Origin: Candidatus Methanoperedens sp.
GTDB taxonomy: Archaea; Halobacteriota; Methanosarcinia; Methanosarcinales; Methanoperedenaceae
DNA length: 32,000 nucleotides
Reading direction: 5' to 3'
Assembly: GCA_027460535.1 (NCBI GenBank)
Contig: JAPZAR010000007.1
Location: forward strand, 1 to 32,000
The position numbers and the translations under genes are program-made. Positions 1-8,569 of the stretch are shown piece by piece; position 1 is the stretch's first letter; the number at the start of each line of letters is the position of its first letter. Under the pieces are notes generated by a model. That model searched no databases, was not told the origin of the DNA, and saw only the letters and a list, made by a program, of their open reading frames with translations.

Positions 1-19
1 TCTACATTAAACTCCAATG

Positions 20-68
20 TACATCCCCTCTTTGGAATTTGTGATTAAAATATTAATGAGGGGATGTA
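20..68. repeat. Perfect 11-bp inverted repeat (TACATCCCCTC / GAGGGGATGTA) with a 27-nt AT-rich spacer
   Basis: Left arm 20-30 and right arm 58-68 are exact reverse complements. A second small hairpin pairs TACATT (3-8) with AATGTA (16-21). The site is at the window edge, so context is missing. Confidence 0.6.
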
Positions 69-379
69 TATAATAAATTTTGCTGCAAGTATAAAAAATA
101 GTTAAATTTATAAGGCTAACTCATGAATTGGTAACCACCTTGGAATCAGAAATTATCTCTTTTAAATCTTCACCAAAATGACCAGTTCTTCTGGGGCCAT
201 GATGAAAATTTTACGACCTACAAGTTTTATAAAAATTTTCGTTTTTTATTCTTCTGTACCAAATAGGGATAAGAATACAATGTATTCCGTGGGAGTTAAT
301 CCAGATTGGATGTTTGATCCCATCCAATTGCCTTAATTGTACCAACCTGTAATGTAACGGTCACTATTTTTGCTCCAAT

Positions 380-1144
380 TCATTCGATGATCTCCCCAAA
401 AGCAAATTTGGGCTTAACATGCCGTATCCTGATCCTGACCGTCTCTCCTTTTCTTGCACCTTTTACGAACACGACCAGATCTTTTATCCTTGTAATCCCA
501 TCCCCGTCCGCTCCGATATCTTCGATGGTAACTGTGTGTTCTTCATTTAGAGATACCGCGCCTGACAGCAATTGCTTGCCAATAACATATATCTCGGCGC
601 TCTGCTTACGCGATGCCTCCGGGGAAAATGCCTGTACCTTGATGAAATGCTTCCGCACCTTATCCATGTAATCCGGGAACATGTCCCCCTGGAAGACCTT
701 GACTGCGAATCCCCCACCCGATTTCAATATTTTCCTTGCGCATTCAAGAGCCGAAGTTGCAAGGTCGATGGAACGTGCATGGTCATAGCTCCAGTTCCCG
801 GATAGATTTGGCGCGGCATCGCAAATGACTGCATCAGCCCCCTCTTTTTTGATTTTTTCCCTGATCTTTTCCACGGTCGCTTCGAGGCGTATATCCCCCT
901 TTATTGTCTCCACACCTTCTATTTCCTCGATAGGAAGGATGTCCACACCTATCACTTTCCCGCCTGAGAGTTCCTTCGCTACCTGGAGCCAGCCTCCCGG
1001 GGCAGCCCCGAGATCGACTACAGTATCTCCTTTTTTAATAAGTTTAAACCTCTCGCTTATCTGCTTGAGTTTGAAAGCTGCACGGGAACGATATCCCTCC
1101 TTCTTGGCTTTCCTGTAAAAGTAATCCCTTCTATCACGAGGCAT
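380..1144 (-). CDS. rlmE: 23S rRNA 2'-O-ribose methyltransferase RlmE/FtsJ with C-terminal TRAM domain
   Basis: 254-aa ORF with N-terminal YRSRAAFKL and the SAM-binding loop DLGAAPGGW. The C-terminal ~60 aa (VTIEDIGADGDGITRIKDLVVFVKGARKGETVRIRI) look like a TRAM barrel, a fusion typical of archaeal RlmE. The ATG lies 1 nt after the stop of the upstream methyltransferase ORF. Confidence 0.92.
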   Translation of the reverse strand: MPRDRRDYFYRKAKKEGYRSRAAFKLKQISERFKLIKKGDTVVDLGAAPGGWLQVAKELSGGKVIGVDILPIEEIEGVETIKGDIRLEATVEKIREKIKKEGADAVICDAAPNLSGNWSYDHARSIDLATSALECARKILKSGGGFAVKVFQGDMFPDYMDKVRKHFIKVQAFSPEASRKQSAEIYVIGKQLLSGAVSLNEEHTVTIEDIGADGDGITRIKDLVVFVKGARKGETVRIRIRHVKPKFAFGEIIE

Positions 1145-1145
1145 C

Positions 1146-2075
1146 TTATTTATTCCCTACATATACCCACTGGTCATAAATGCCTCCAGGATCGGTATTA
1201 TCGATCATCTTCCCGCTGATATGATTTCTCTCAAGAGCCTTTTCCAGGATCTCCATCTCTTCCCTTTTATTTACGGTCAACAGGATCATTCCTCCCGGTT
1301 TCAAGACTTTAACCGATTCAACAATCATTTTTTCCCAGATATTCCTGTTAAAAGGATATATCGTTCCAAGCATGAAGCCTGCGATTGTATCAAATGTATT
1401 CTCCCTGAAAAATTCTGAAAGTCTGGTTGCATCAAGAACTATGGTCTTTTTTGGGTCCAGCACATTATGTTCAAGTCCCTGGCAGATCTGGCATTTATCA
1501 TTATCGATGGCCAGTGGATCATACCCCATCTTTCGAAGGGGAAGTGTCGACATGCCGTTGCCGCAGCATATCTCAAGCAACTCTCCTTTGAGTTCGTATC
1601 TATCAAGAATTCCTTTCAATCTGGCATTTCGGCTTTCGATATATACCATTTCGTAGGGTTCTTTGGATATGAGGCAGTTTTCGCAGAGCTGCCTGCTCAC
1701 CAGAGCTTTGGAATAATATTCAATTATCGCTTCACTAAATTTCGCGCATGTGGTGTTGTATATCTCATTGAGCTTTAGATTTTTCGCAACGCTGGAAAAT
1801 AGCATGCTGCTTTCATTTGGAACAGGTATTGATGAAACAAGGTTCGTGAATATCGCAAGGAACCCGGGCGAATCTTCTGTTTCAGGATTATTCAGGGCTA
1901 ACCCGATAATGTTCCCGTTCTCATCCTGAATTCCCTGGATCTTTGCCAGAGGGTCTTTCTGGATGTTCTCAAGATATTGTAGCGATAATGTATTATTTTT
2001 TAAAGACGGGTAGCTTTCTTCAACAAAGTAGACGTCCTCCTGGCTTTTAATACCTAAAATATCGTGGATCAGCAT
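1146..2075 (-). CDS. Class I SAM-dependent methyltransferase with an uncharacterised ~150-aa N-terminal domain
   Basis: 309-aa ORF with ATG start. It has methyltransferase motif I (LEICCGNGMSTLPL) followed by LAIDND and a post-motif region (VLKPGGMILL). It is co-oriented with rlmE and almost abuts it. Confidence 0.8.
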   Translation of the reverse strand: MLIHDILGIKSQEDVYFVEESYPSLKNNTLSLQYLENIQKDPLAKIQGIQDENGNIIGLALNNPETEDSPGFLAIFTNLVSSIPVPNESSMLFSSVAKNLKLNEIYNTTCAKFSEAIIEYYSKALVSRQLCENCLISKEPYEMVYIESRNARLKGILDRYELKGELLEICCGNGMSTLPLRKMGYDPLAIDNDKCQICQGLEHNVLDPKKTIVLDATRLSEFFRENTFDTIAGFMLGTIYPFNRNIWEKMIVESVKVLKPGGMILLTVNKREEMEILEKALERNHISGKMIDNTDPGGIYDQWVYVGNK

Positions 2076-2183
2076 ATTGAATCATCATCAATTTTAATTT
2101 ATGATCGCCATTGAAAGCATAATGACCGCAACTTAAAAGAATGGACAAATCTACTTTCGTCTTGTTTATCTGCGGTTCTTATC

Positions 2184-2783
2184 CTAATCGCCTGAATCCG
2201 GCTCATCGTCACGATAACTTGTATCTCCAACCATTGCAGCACTGATAGAGTCTATCCCATCGAGCCATTCAGCCACAAGCCCTTCCGGGACATCTTCCAT
2301 ATCCTTTTCTTTGAGCTTCCCGCCTGCGAGGAGGTTCGCACCTATTTCCGCGATATTGCCGAGCGCAGCTCCCATATTTTCCTCTTTCTCCGCCTGGATT
2401 GCGCTTTTTATGAGCTTGCCAAGGGTTTTTGTTTTTTCAAAAGCCTTCTCCACATAACATTCGCATGAAGCAAAAACACCCATCAGGGACAACTGCGTTG
2501 ATTCAAGCATAATATCAATATCTTCGCTTATGGGTTCGATCTTGTAGAGGACAATTTCCTTGATCTCTGACAGGTATTTCAGTGCATCATCTCTGGAGAT
2601 GACGTTCTTATCGAATTTCGCAATTATCTTCAAACACGCAAGAACCACATCGTCTTCCATATATACGAAAACTGCCCCTTTCTCCTCGTCGTCCAGCTTA
2701 AAACCGCTTTCCTTTACTTTATTTATCCAGTTTTGCCATCGTTCCTGAGTATAGAACGGGATTATAAATTTCGTTTCTTGCAT
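2184..2783 (-). CDS. Conserved hypothetical cytoplasmic protein with acidic C-terminal tail (possibly DUF2150-like, archaeal)
   Basis: 199-aa ORF with ATG start, no TM segments and the acidic tail YRDDEPDSGD. The family assignment is from memory only and is weak. The coding call rests on ORF length, compact spacing and the absence of a competing ORF. Confidence 0.65.
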   Translation of the reverse strand: MQETKFIIPFYTQERWQNWINKVKESGFKLDDEEKGAVFVYMEDDVVLACLKIIAKFDKNVISRDDALKYLSEIKEIVLYKIEPISEDIDIMLESTQLSLMGVFASCECYVEKAFEKTKTLGKLIKSAIQAEKEENMGAALGNIAEIGANLLAGGKLKEKDMEDVPEGLVAEWLDGIDSISAAMVGDTSYRDDEPDSGD

Positions 2784-2826
2784 GAGTTCTCCATTGTTTT
2801 AAGGTGTTATTTTAATTTATGGTCAT

Positions 2827-3210
2827 TTACGTTAAACCCGTCAATTTCTTAACTTTACCTATTAATTCATTCTTTCCAAAAGGTTTTGTTATATAATCAT
2901 CAGCCTTTAATACATGTAATCCAAGCAGCTTATCGATATTTTGCGCTTTGGCTGTCAAAATAGCAACCGGAATACCCGGTACTTGTTCTTTTATCTTCCT
3001 GAAAACATCCCACCCGTCCATATCAGGCATCATTATGTCAAGAAGCACTAAATCAGGCTTTGAAGCAGCTATCATGGTCAGCGCATCCTTTCCGTTCGTG
3101 GCTATGTCCGTTTTAAAACCGCCACTCTCGAGCACTAATTTGACAAGCTCGAGTGTATCTGGTTCATCGTCCACTATCAATACTTTCTTATCCGATGCCT
3201 TGTTGGTCAT
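2827..3210 (-). CDS. Stand-alone response regulator receiver (CheY-like)
   Basis: 127 aa with all receiver hallmarks: DDE (VLIVDDEPD), phospho-acceptor Asp in LLDIMMPDMDG, Thr in ILTAKA, Lys in ITKPF. The start overlaps the 3' end of the kinase gene by 23 nt. Confidence 0.93.
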   Translation of the reverse strand: MTNKASDKKVLIVDDEPDTLELVKLVLESGGFKTDIATNGKDALTMIAASKPDLVLLDIMMPDMDGWDVFRKIKEQVPGIPVAILTAKAQNIDKLLGLHVLKADDYITKPFGKNELIGKVKKLTGLT

Positions 3211-5851
3211 TCGCTCTCAATCCTGGTAATAAAATATGAAACGTGCTTCCTATATTTTTACTTTCCGCCCAGATCTTCCCCCCATGAGCTTCCACAATAT
3301 TCTTTGAGATCCATAAACCCAGTCCAGTACCGCCGAATCTACTCTCATGCGCCAGCTCGGACTGGTAGAACCTGTCAAATATCAGCTCAAGTTTATCCTC
3401 TGGAATGCCGATGCCCGTATCGCTGATCTTTATGTGTATGTTTTCATTTTCTTCCGAGGCTGATAATCTTATCTCACCTTTGATTGTGAATTTGATCGCA
3501 TTGTCCATTATATTTGACAATACCTGCGCCAGCCTCTCCCTGTCACCCTTGATCATCACAGGAGGGACATCGATATACACCGGTATATTTTTGATAGCCG
3601 CCATGGTCTTCATATCCTCTGCGACCTCAAGGGCAAGGTCACGAATAGATAACAATTGCATGTCGAGCTCAAGATTCCTGGATTCGATAAGTGTTGTGTC
3701 AAGAAGCATATTTATTAAATTGGATAACCTTTTTGAATTTCGGAGTATTGCTTCAAATTTATGGCGCTGCTCCCGGGTCATATTTTCTTCAAGAATCAGT
3801 TCCGTATACCCCATTATGGATGTTAGAGGAGTTTTCAGTTCATATGAAATATTTGAAAGAAAATTATCTTTTATCCGGTAAAGTTCTTTGAGTTTAGAAT
3901 ACGTCAGGCGAAGCTCCTCATAAGAATCCCTGAGTTCCTCTTCAAGCCTTTTCTGTTCAGATACGTCCTTTATGACCGTTATGATCTTTTCAACAGTACC
4001 ATTCTTATCTTTAATGGGGATCTTGGAGGTACTTGTGTAAATGACATCATGATAATATTCGGTTCTTTCATCGCTCATGAAAATCTCCCCCGTTTTCATG
4101 ACATATTCATATTCTTTATCGGTTTGTTTTTCTTTCAGGAACGGGAAGGCTTCAAAAAGGTTTCTATTTACAATTTTCTCTTTTCTTATCCTGCCTCTGC
4201 CGAATTTCAGCAGCTCGTTGTTGACTGCCAGGATTTTCATGTCTCTATCAACAACATGTATCGCCAGGTTAACATTATTCAGGATCTCTTCGTTAAATTC
4301 ATTCAAATATCTTATATTGTTATAAAAAAGGATATTCTCTATTACCACTCCGATCTGGTTGCCGATTGCCGAGAAAAATTCCAAATCCCTATTTGAAAAA
4401 TAACGGGGTTCTGTGCTAGCAAGCGTAATGATCCCGAGCATTTTATCTTTAGATTTAAGGGGTATGAATATATTTTTCCCGCTCCCATCTGCTTTTATCT
4501 CAGCTCTATCTTTCATGGAGAACTCTCTAAAATCCGGATTGACCGAGTTCCTTTCTTCAGTCCCGGTATGCGCTTTTAGTGAATATTCCCCGGACTTTTC
4601 ATTCCGAAGATATATATATCCGCTTTCCATACTAGTGAGTTTCAATAAATTATCAAGTGACTTTAATAAAAGTTTATCAATGTCAAATGTGTCGTTTATG
4701 TTTTTTGAGATATCGTTAAGTATCATGAGTTCCCTGTTCCGGGCGATAATCTCTTCTTCAAGCTTTTTTTTCTGCGTCACATCCCTTAATACTAAAATTA
4801 TATTTGTGATATTATTTTTATCAATGAACGGCGATGCATTTATCTCCAGGATCTTTTTGGTCGCATTGATTTCCATTTCATGCACGAACCTTACAGGACT
4901 CTTTGTCCGGAGCAATGTATCAATGGGGCATTCATCCCTCTCCCTCATTTGTTTTGCATTCCCGAAAAGAATTTCATGGCATTTTTTTCCCCTGACCTGC
5001 TCTTCCATCAATCCTATCATTTTTAGAGAGGATTTATTCACCTTAACAATTTCGTGATCTGGATCAATAACAAAAATTCCATCATCGATGCTGTCAAACA
5101 AAGTCTCAAGATAATTTTGTGCCTTCTCTGTCTGCTCCTTTGAAGCTATCAGATCACCTATCTTCTGATTCAGGTTCATGGCCATATCATTAAACGTCCT
5201 GGCCAGTTCTCCCAGTTCGTCGCCTGTTCTGATATCTATTTTCTGATCAAGAATACCTTTATTTATCCTGTTCGCCCCTTCTTTTAGCGCCATGATGGGA
5301 TCCGTTAACCTTCTTCCGATGTAGAATGTAAATAATCCCCCCATAAACATTGCAGCACTGGCCAGCAGGAGGAGTTTCCATGATGCTTCCTGGATTTGAG
5401 CTCTTACCCTGTTTTCTGAAATGCCCACATGAACGTAACCTAAGTTCTCGACAGGTGCATCGAATTCGTGGATGATCCCTCTGTCCGTTTCGAATACAGA
5501 TTCATTCAAGGAATTTTTAGGGTTGGTATTATTTTGAAGCACCTTTGGGAACCCTCCCTCAAACGTGTGAACAAGGACAATCCCCCGTGAATCTGTAATG
5601 AAAACATACTCGATATCAGGATAGCTATTCTTCAGATCATCAACAGATTTTCTCACTTCTATTAGATCATTAGCAAGCAAAGGGGTCCCGATTTCCAGTG
5701 CCAGATGGTTGGATAGCAAATATCCTTTATCCCGGAACTCTTTCTCAAATATGCTGGTTTGAGTATCCTGTATCACCAGATAGGACCCGGTTATTATTAA
5801 GAATATTATTGCTAATGTTGAAATAATAATCCTGAACCGCAAGCTTTTCAT
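3188..5851 (-). CDS. Membrane sensor kinase (TM-periplasmic domain-TM-HAMP-PAS-GAF-PAS-HisKA-HATPase_c) with a Tyr-substituted H-box
   Basis: 887 aa with two TM segments (res ~7-27 and ~160-180) and a HAMP-like linker. PAS-like and GAF-like modules follow. The dimerisation box is FLSNISYELKTPLTSIMGY, with Tyr (TAT, 3842-3844) where His is expected. The ATPase domain is intact: N box DNAIKFT, G1 DTGIGI, F box FDRFYQ, G2 GGTGLGL. Confidence 0.9.
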   Translation of the reverse strand: MKSLRFRIIISTLAIIFLIITGSYLVIQDTQTSIFEKEFRDKGYLLSNHLALEIGTPLLANDLIEVRKSVDDLKNSYPDIEYVFITDSRGIVLVHTFEGGFPKVLQNNTNPKNSLNESVFETDRGIIHEFDAPVENLGYVHVGISENRVRAQIQEASWKLLLLASAAMFMGGLFTFYIGRRLTDPIMALKEGANRINKGILDQKIDIRTGDELGELARTFNDMAMNLNQKIGDLIASKEQTEKAQNYLETLFDSIDDGIFVIDPDHEIVKVNKSSLKMIGLMEEQVRGKKCHEILFGNAKQMRERDECPIDTLLRTKSPVRFVHEMEINATKKILEINASPFIDKNNITNIILVLRDVTQKKKLEEEIIARNRELMILNDISKNINDTFDIDKLLLKSLDNLLKLTSMESGYIYLRNEKSGEYSLKAHTGTEERNSVNPDFREFSMKDRAEIKADGSGKNIFIPLKSKDKMLGIITLASTEPRYFSNRDLEFFSAIGNQIGVVIENILFYNNIRYLNEFNEEILNNVNLAIHVVDRDMKILAVNNELLKFGRGRIRKEKIVNRNLFEAFPFLKEKQTDKEYEYVMKTGEIFMSDERTEYYHDVIYTSTSKIPIKDKNGTVEKIITVIKDVSEQKRLEEELRDSYEELRLTYSKLKELYRIKDNFLSNISYELKTPLTSIMGYTELILEENMTREQRHKFEAILRNSKRLSNLINMLLDTTLIESRNLELDMQLLSIRDLALEVAEDMKTMAAIKNIPVYIDVPPVMIKGDRERLAQVLSNIMDNAIKFTIKGEIRLSASEENENIHIKISDTGIGIPEDKLELIFDRFYQSELAHESRFGGTGLGLWISKNIVEAHGGKIWAESKNIGSTFHILLPGLRANDQQGIG

Positions 5852-5893
5852 TTGATTCGTTTCCTCATTTCCCTTATGGAATCATAAGCGCTG

Positions 5894-6013
5894 TCATTTA
5901 TATCTGACGCCTGGCATTTGAACAATACTAAGGTGGACCTTTTCGTGCTTATCGATGCAGCCAGTCATTGCCAGCAGGATTAGGATGATCAAATACACGG
6001 TCTGCATTGACAT
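5894..6013 (-). CDS. Candidate 39-aa small secreted/lipoprotein-like ORF upstream of the sensor kinase
   Basis: The ORF encodes MSMQTVYLIILILLAMTGCIDKHEKVHLSIVQMPGVRYK. It has a hydrophobic h-region followed by a lipobox-like MTGC. It fills an otherwise empty 320-nt gap, and only a weak AGGA lies upstream. Confidence 0.25.
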   Translation of the reverse strand: MSMQTVYLIILILLAMTGCIDKHEKVHLSIVQMPGVRYK

Positions 6014-6172
6014 TATCTAATGAGTCCTTTAATTAACTAATCTTTGATCTGGGGCAGGAACATTCCTTATCCTTAATAAATACTTAGGTAACCACTTTGT
6101 GAATATTGAAAAAAGCACTACCTCTTGATTAGTCCATGATATGCTCTATGAATCTGAGAAAAGTATCAGTCA

Positions 6173-6466
6173 CTATCCTTTAATGATTTCTTTAATTAGC
6201 CATCCCCAATATTTTATCGTGGCTGCAAGTCCAAGGGTTAGACCTGTTGCTAAAAAAAGATATTTAATAAAAATAATATTTTCACCCGACAATAAACTCA
6301 TAATAGAACTGAGTGCTGTAAAAAGCATGCCTGCATAATAAATATAGTAATACTTTTTCATTCCCATAACATCACCCAGTCTTTTACTGAGAGTGCTTAA
6401 AAAATAAAGGATCAAGGTTAACAAAAAATATGATATTGCATCCATCGGTTCCATATTAAAGTTCAT
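6173..6466 (-). CDS. Small 3-TM membrane protein, paralog of the upstream ORF
   Basis: 97 aa with three hydrophobic helices. The ATG overlaps the upstream stop (ATGA). It shares the aromatic motif G-M-K-K-Y-Y-Y-I-Y-Y after TM1 with the neighbour (G-I-K-T-F-Y-Y-F-Y-I). Confidence 0.7.
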   Translation of the reverse strand: MNFNMEPMDAISYFLLTLILYFLSTLSKRLGDVMGMKKYYYIYYAGMLFTALSSIMSLLSGENIIFIKYLFLATGLTLGLAATIKYWGWLIKEIIKG

Positions 6467-6750
6467 TTTTTTACACCCACCATTATTCTAAACAGGTAAT
6501 AGCTTGCCAGAAAGGAAGCAACCGACCCCGTAAATTCCATAAATTCTGATAAAAACATATTATGATAATAAAATTGCGCAGCTGCAGCAAAAAGAACAAT
6601 TATAGGAACGATATAGAAATAATAAAACGTTTTTATGCCGAATTTATTTTGATAAAACTTGGCTATTGCCGCCACAAAAATCATAATAAGAGCAGCTACA
6701 ATCCAAAGGTATATTTCAACGATTTGTTGGAATAAAATCAAATCTGCCAT
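6463..6750 (-). CDS. Small 3-TM membrane protein
   Basis: 95 aa with three hydrophobic helices. The ATG lies 6 nt after the stop of the KaiC-like gene. Confidence 0.7.
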   Translation of the reverse strand: MADLILFQQIVEIYLWIVAALIMIFVAAIAKFYQNKFGIKTFYYFYIVPIIVLFAAAAQFYYHNMFLSEFMEFTGSVASFLASYYLFRIMVGVKK

Positions 6751-6756
6751 AAAAAT

Positions 6757-8199
6757 TTATTTCTTGAAAGCCTCTACGAAAGCTTCAGAAGGCGTCTTTG
6801 TCGGATTGCCTGACAGGATACCTGAATATTCAATAAAAGGCAGTCTTATCTCAACGCCTTTTTCAGTAATAATGAGCTCTCGAATCTCTTTATCATGATT
6901 GCTGCCTCTCATCTTGAGTACAGATACTGCCTTTCGCATCTCACTTTTTATCTCTACATACCGCAATAAAATAACAACGTCCATGATCGGGGAAATACCT
7001 ATGCCCGTTATCTGTGTCACCCCTGTAAGGTTTGAAGTCTCGTTCGTGTATACTGCCGTGATATTTTTATTTTTGAGATAATTGACCATATTATCCATAT
7101 ACTCAGGCAATGGAGTATATTGCGGCAACATGCGTTCTAGTCGGCCTGTCCCATCGAACAGCAAACGTCTGGCATTTATTTCTTCGACAGTTCTCTGGAC
7201 AAGAATTGCCAGTTCATGGACATCGAAATCCAGTGCAGAAATTATCCTTAGCAGGTTCTTGTTTTCAAATTCATCCAGATTCCACCCAAATATTTTTGCA
7301 TTTTCACGTATCTGGACTGCATCCTCTTCAAAGGAAACTATAACAGCCGGTTCTTTTTTAGATAAACCCTCGATAATGAATTGCGTCCCGATTGTCGTCT
7401 TGCCAGTTCCGCTCGAACCTGAAAGCAAGACTGACGAACCACGGTTAAAACCGCCGCCGGTCATCTGGTTCAGTCCTTTGATCCCCGTGGATAACCTTTC
7501 TTTTATTATGGACTCTTTTCCCTCTGAGGGTAACCGAGGAAATACCTCGAATCCGTCTCTGGTTATTTTACACGAATGTTTTCCTCCGTGAAATTCCTGC
7601 CCTCTCATCTTCAGGACATTGAGGTAACGAATGTTCCTGTCGTAGGAAGGTTCATAGCTGATATGAATGACGCCGTCAACAAGATAACTCAGTGTGCTTT
7701 TAACAAGCTCATCCGATGTAAACTCGCCTGTCAATATAACAAGGGAATTCCATTCCTTCATGCTCGTGAAAAAATCGTAATAGAACTGGCGCTGGGATTC
7801 TACATCCTGTTCTATGGTAAACACATTCACAGGATCGATAACAATCCTGTCGGGCTTGATCGTCTCAATGTTCTTCTCCATTTCTTTTATGATAGCTTCC
7901 GGGCCCTTGCGGATAGTTTCAATCCCGATAGGTACATACTTTACGTTGCCTTCTCCCAGTAATGAAATGTTGTAAAACGAGAATCTGGACATGAAATTAT
8001 TTATCATGGCTAGAGGCTCTGAAAGTGCTGTTATATACATGCAGATCTCCTCATTTTTTGCGGCGTTGAAGAGGGATTGCATTACAAAGGTAGTTTTTCC
8101 TGTCCCGGCTGAACCCGCTATTAATATGATTGACGGCCTGAGGAATCCTCCATCCAGCACTTTGTCCAGACCGCTAACTCCGGTAGCAACCTGCTTTAT
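6757..8199 (-). CDS. KaiC-like two-domain RecA-superfamily ATPase
   Basis: Two P-loops are present (GSAGTGKTT and GSSGTGKTT), with Walker B-like IVIDPV and LLFDGTG. The ORF track starts at GTG 8160. The conserved KaiC N-terminal motif ATGVSGLDKVLDGG continues in frame upstream to an ATA at 8197-8199, which sits 4 nt after GGGGTGA. The 5' end is therefore given at the ATA. The family call is firm and the start is uncertain. Confidence 0.88.
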   Translation of the reverse strand: MKQVATGVSGLDKVLDGGFLRPSIILIAGSAGTGKTTFVMQSLFNAAKNEEICMYITALSEPLAMINNFMSRFSFYNISLLGEGNVKYVPIGIETIRKGPEAIIKEMEKNIETIKPDRIVIDPVNVFTIEQDVESQRQFYYDFFTSMKEWNSLVILTGEFTSDELVKSTLSYLVDGVIHISYEPSYDRNIRYLNVLKMRGQEFHGGKHSCKITRDGFEVFPRLPSEGKESIIKERLSTGIKGLNQMTGGGFNRGSSVLLSGSSGTGKTTIGTQFIIEGLSKKEPAVIVSFEEDAVQIRENAKIFGWNLDEFENKNLLRIISALDFDVHELAILVQRTVEEINARRLLFDGTGRLERMLPQYTPLPEYMDNMVNYLKNKNITAVYTNETSNLTGVTQITGIGISPIMDVVILLRYVEIKSEMRKAVSVLKMRGSNHDKEIRELIITEKGVEIRLPFIEYSGILSGNPTKTPSEAFVEAFKK

Positions 8200-8203
8200 G
8201 TTC

Positions 8204-8569
8204 TCACCCCAGGATTTCTTTTATTTTTCCAGATAGCTTTGCCACCTCGACCAGAATTAATCCAAGACCCGCATCGGGTTCGGCCATCACTATGAGTATT
8301 GCTTTTGACCCTGCCCCTGTTACAATTATTTTCCCATATTTTGATTCCACGATTATCCTGTCCGGGATGCCTTTACCAAGCTCTGTTGTTGCGGTTTCTG
8401 CTGCCCCCAGCATTGTAGCCGACATTGCCGCAAATGTATCCGCATGGTATTTTCTGGGCAACGTTGAATGTATAAGCAAGCCATCCCTGCTTGCAATAGC
8501 AGATGCTTCAACCCCACCAATACTCCTGAGATTATTTAAGACTTTCTCAAGCGACTCTGTTGTCGTCAT
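8204..8569 (-). CDS. Roadblock/LC7 (MglB-like) domain protein
   Basis: The ~121-aa product begins SLEKVLNNLRSIGGVEASAIASRDGLLI, a typical Roadblock N-terminus. ATG 8569 is preferred over GTG 8575 because that GTG is part of an AAGGTGA Shine-Dalgarno sequence. Confidence 0.85.
   Translation of the reverse strand: MTTTESLEKVLNNLRSIGGVEASAIASRDGLLIHSTLPRKYHADTFAAMSATMLGAAETATTELGKGIPDRIIVESKYGKIIVTGAGSKAILIVMAEPDAGLGLILVEVAKLSGKIKEILG

Noticed and set aside
178-336. A 52-codon plus-strand ORF in the first 380 nt.
   Set aside because: It has no SD and no recognisable motif, and it overlaps hairpin-forming sequence downstream of rlmE. The support is insufficient.
8197-8230. A programmed +1 frameshift fusing Roadblock to the KaiC-like ATPase. 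The KaiC frame is +1 relative to Roadblock and is open across the Roadblock stop.
   Set aside because: There is no recognisable slippery or hungry-codon context beyond GGG-TGA. An SD-like GGGGTGA followed by an in-frame ATA gives a simpler re-initiation explanation. The frameshift is not formally excluded.
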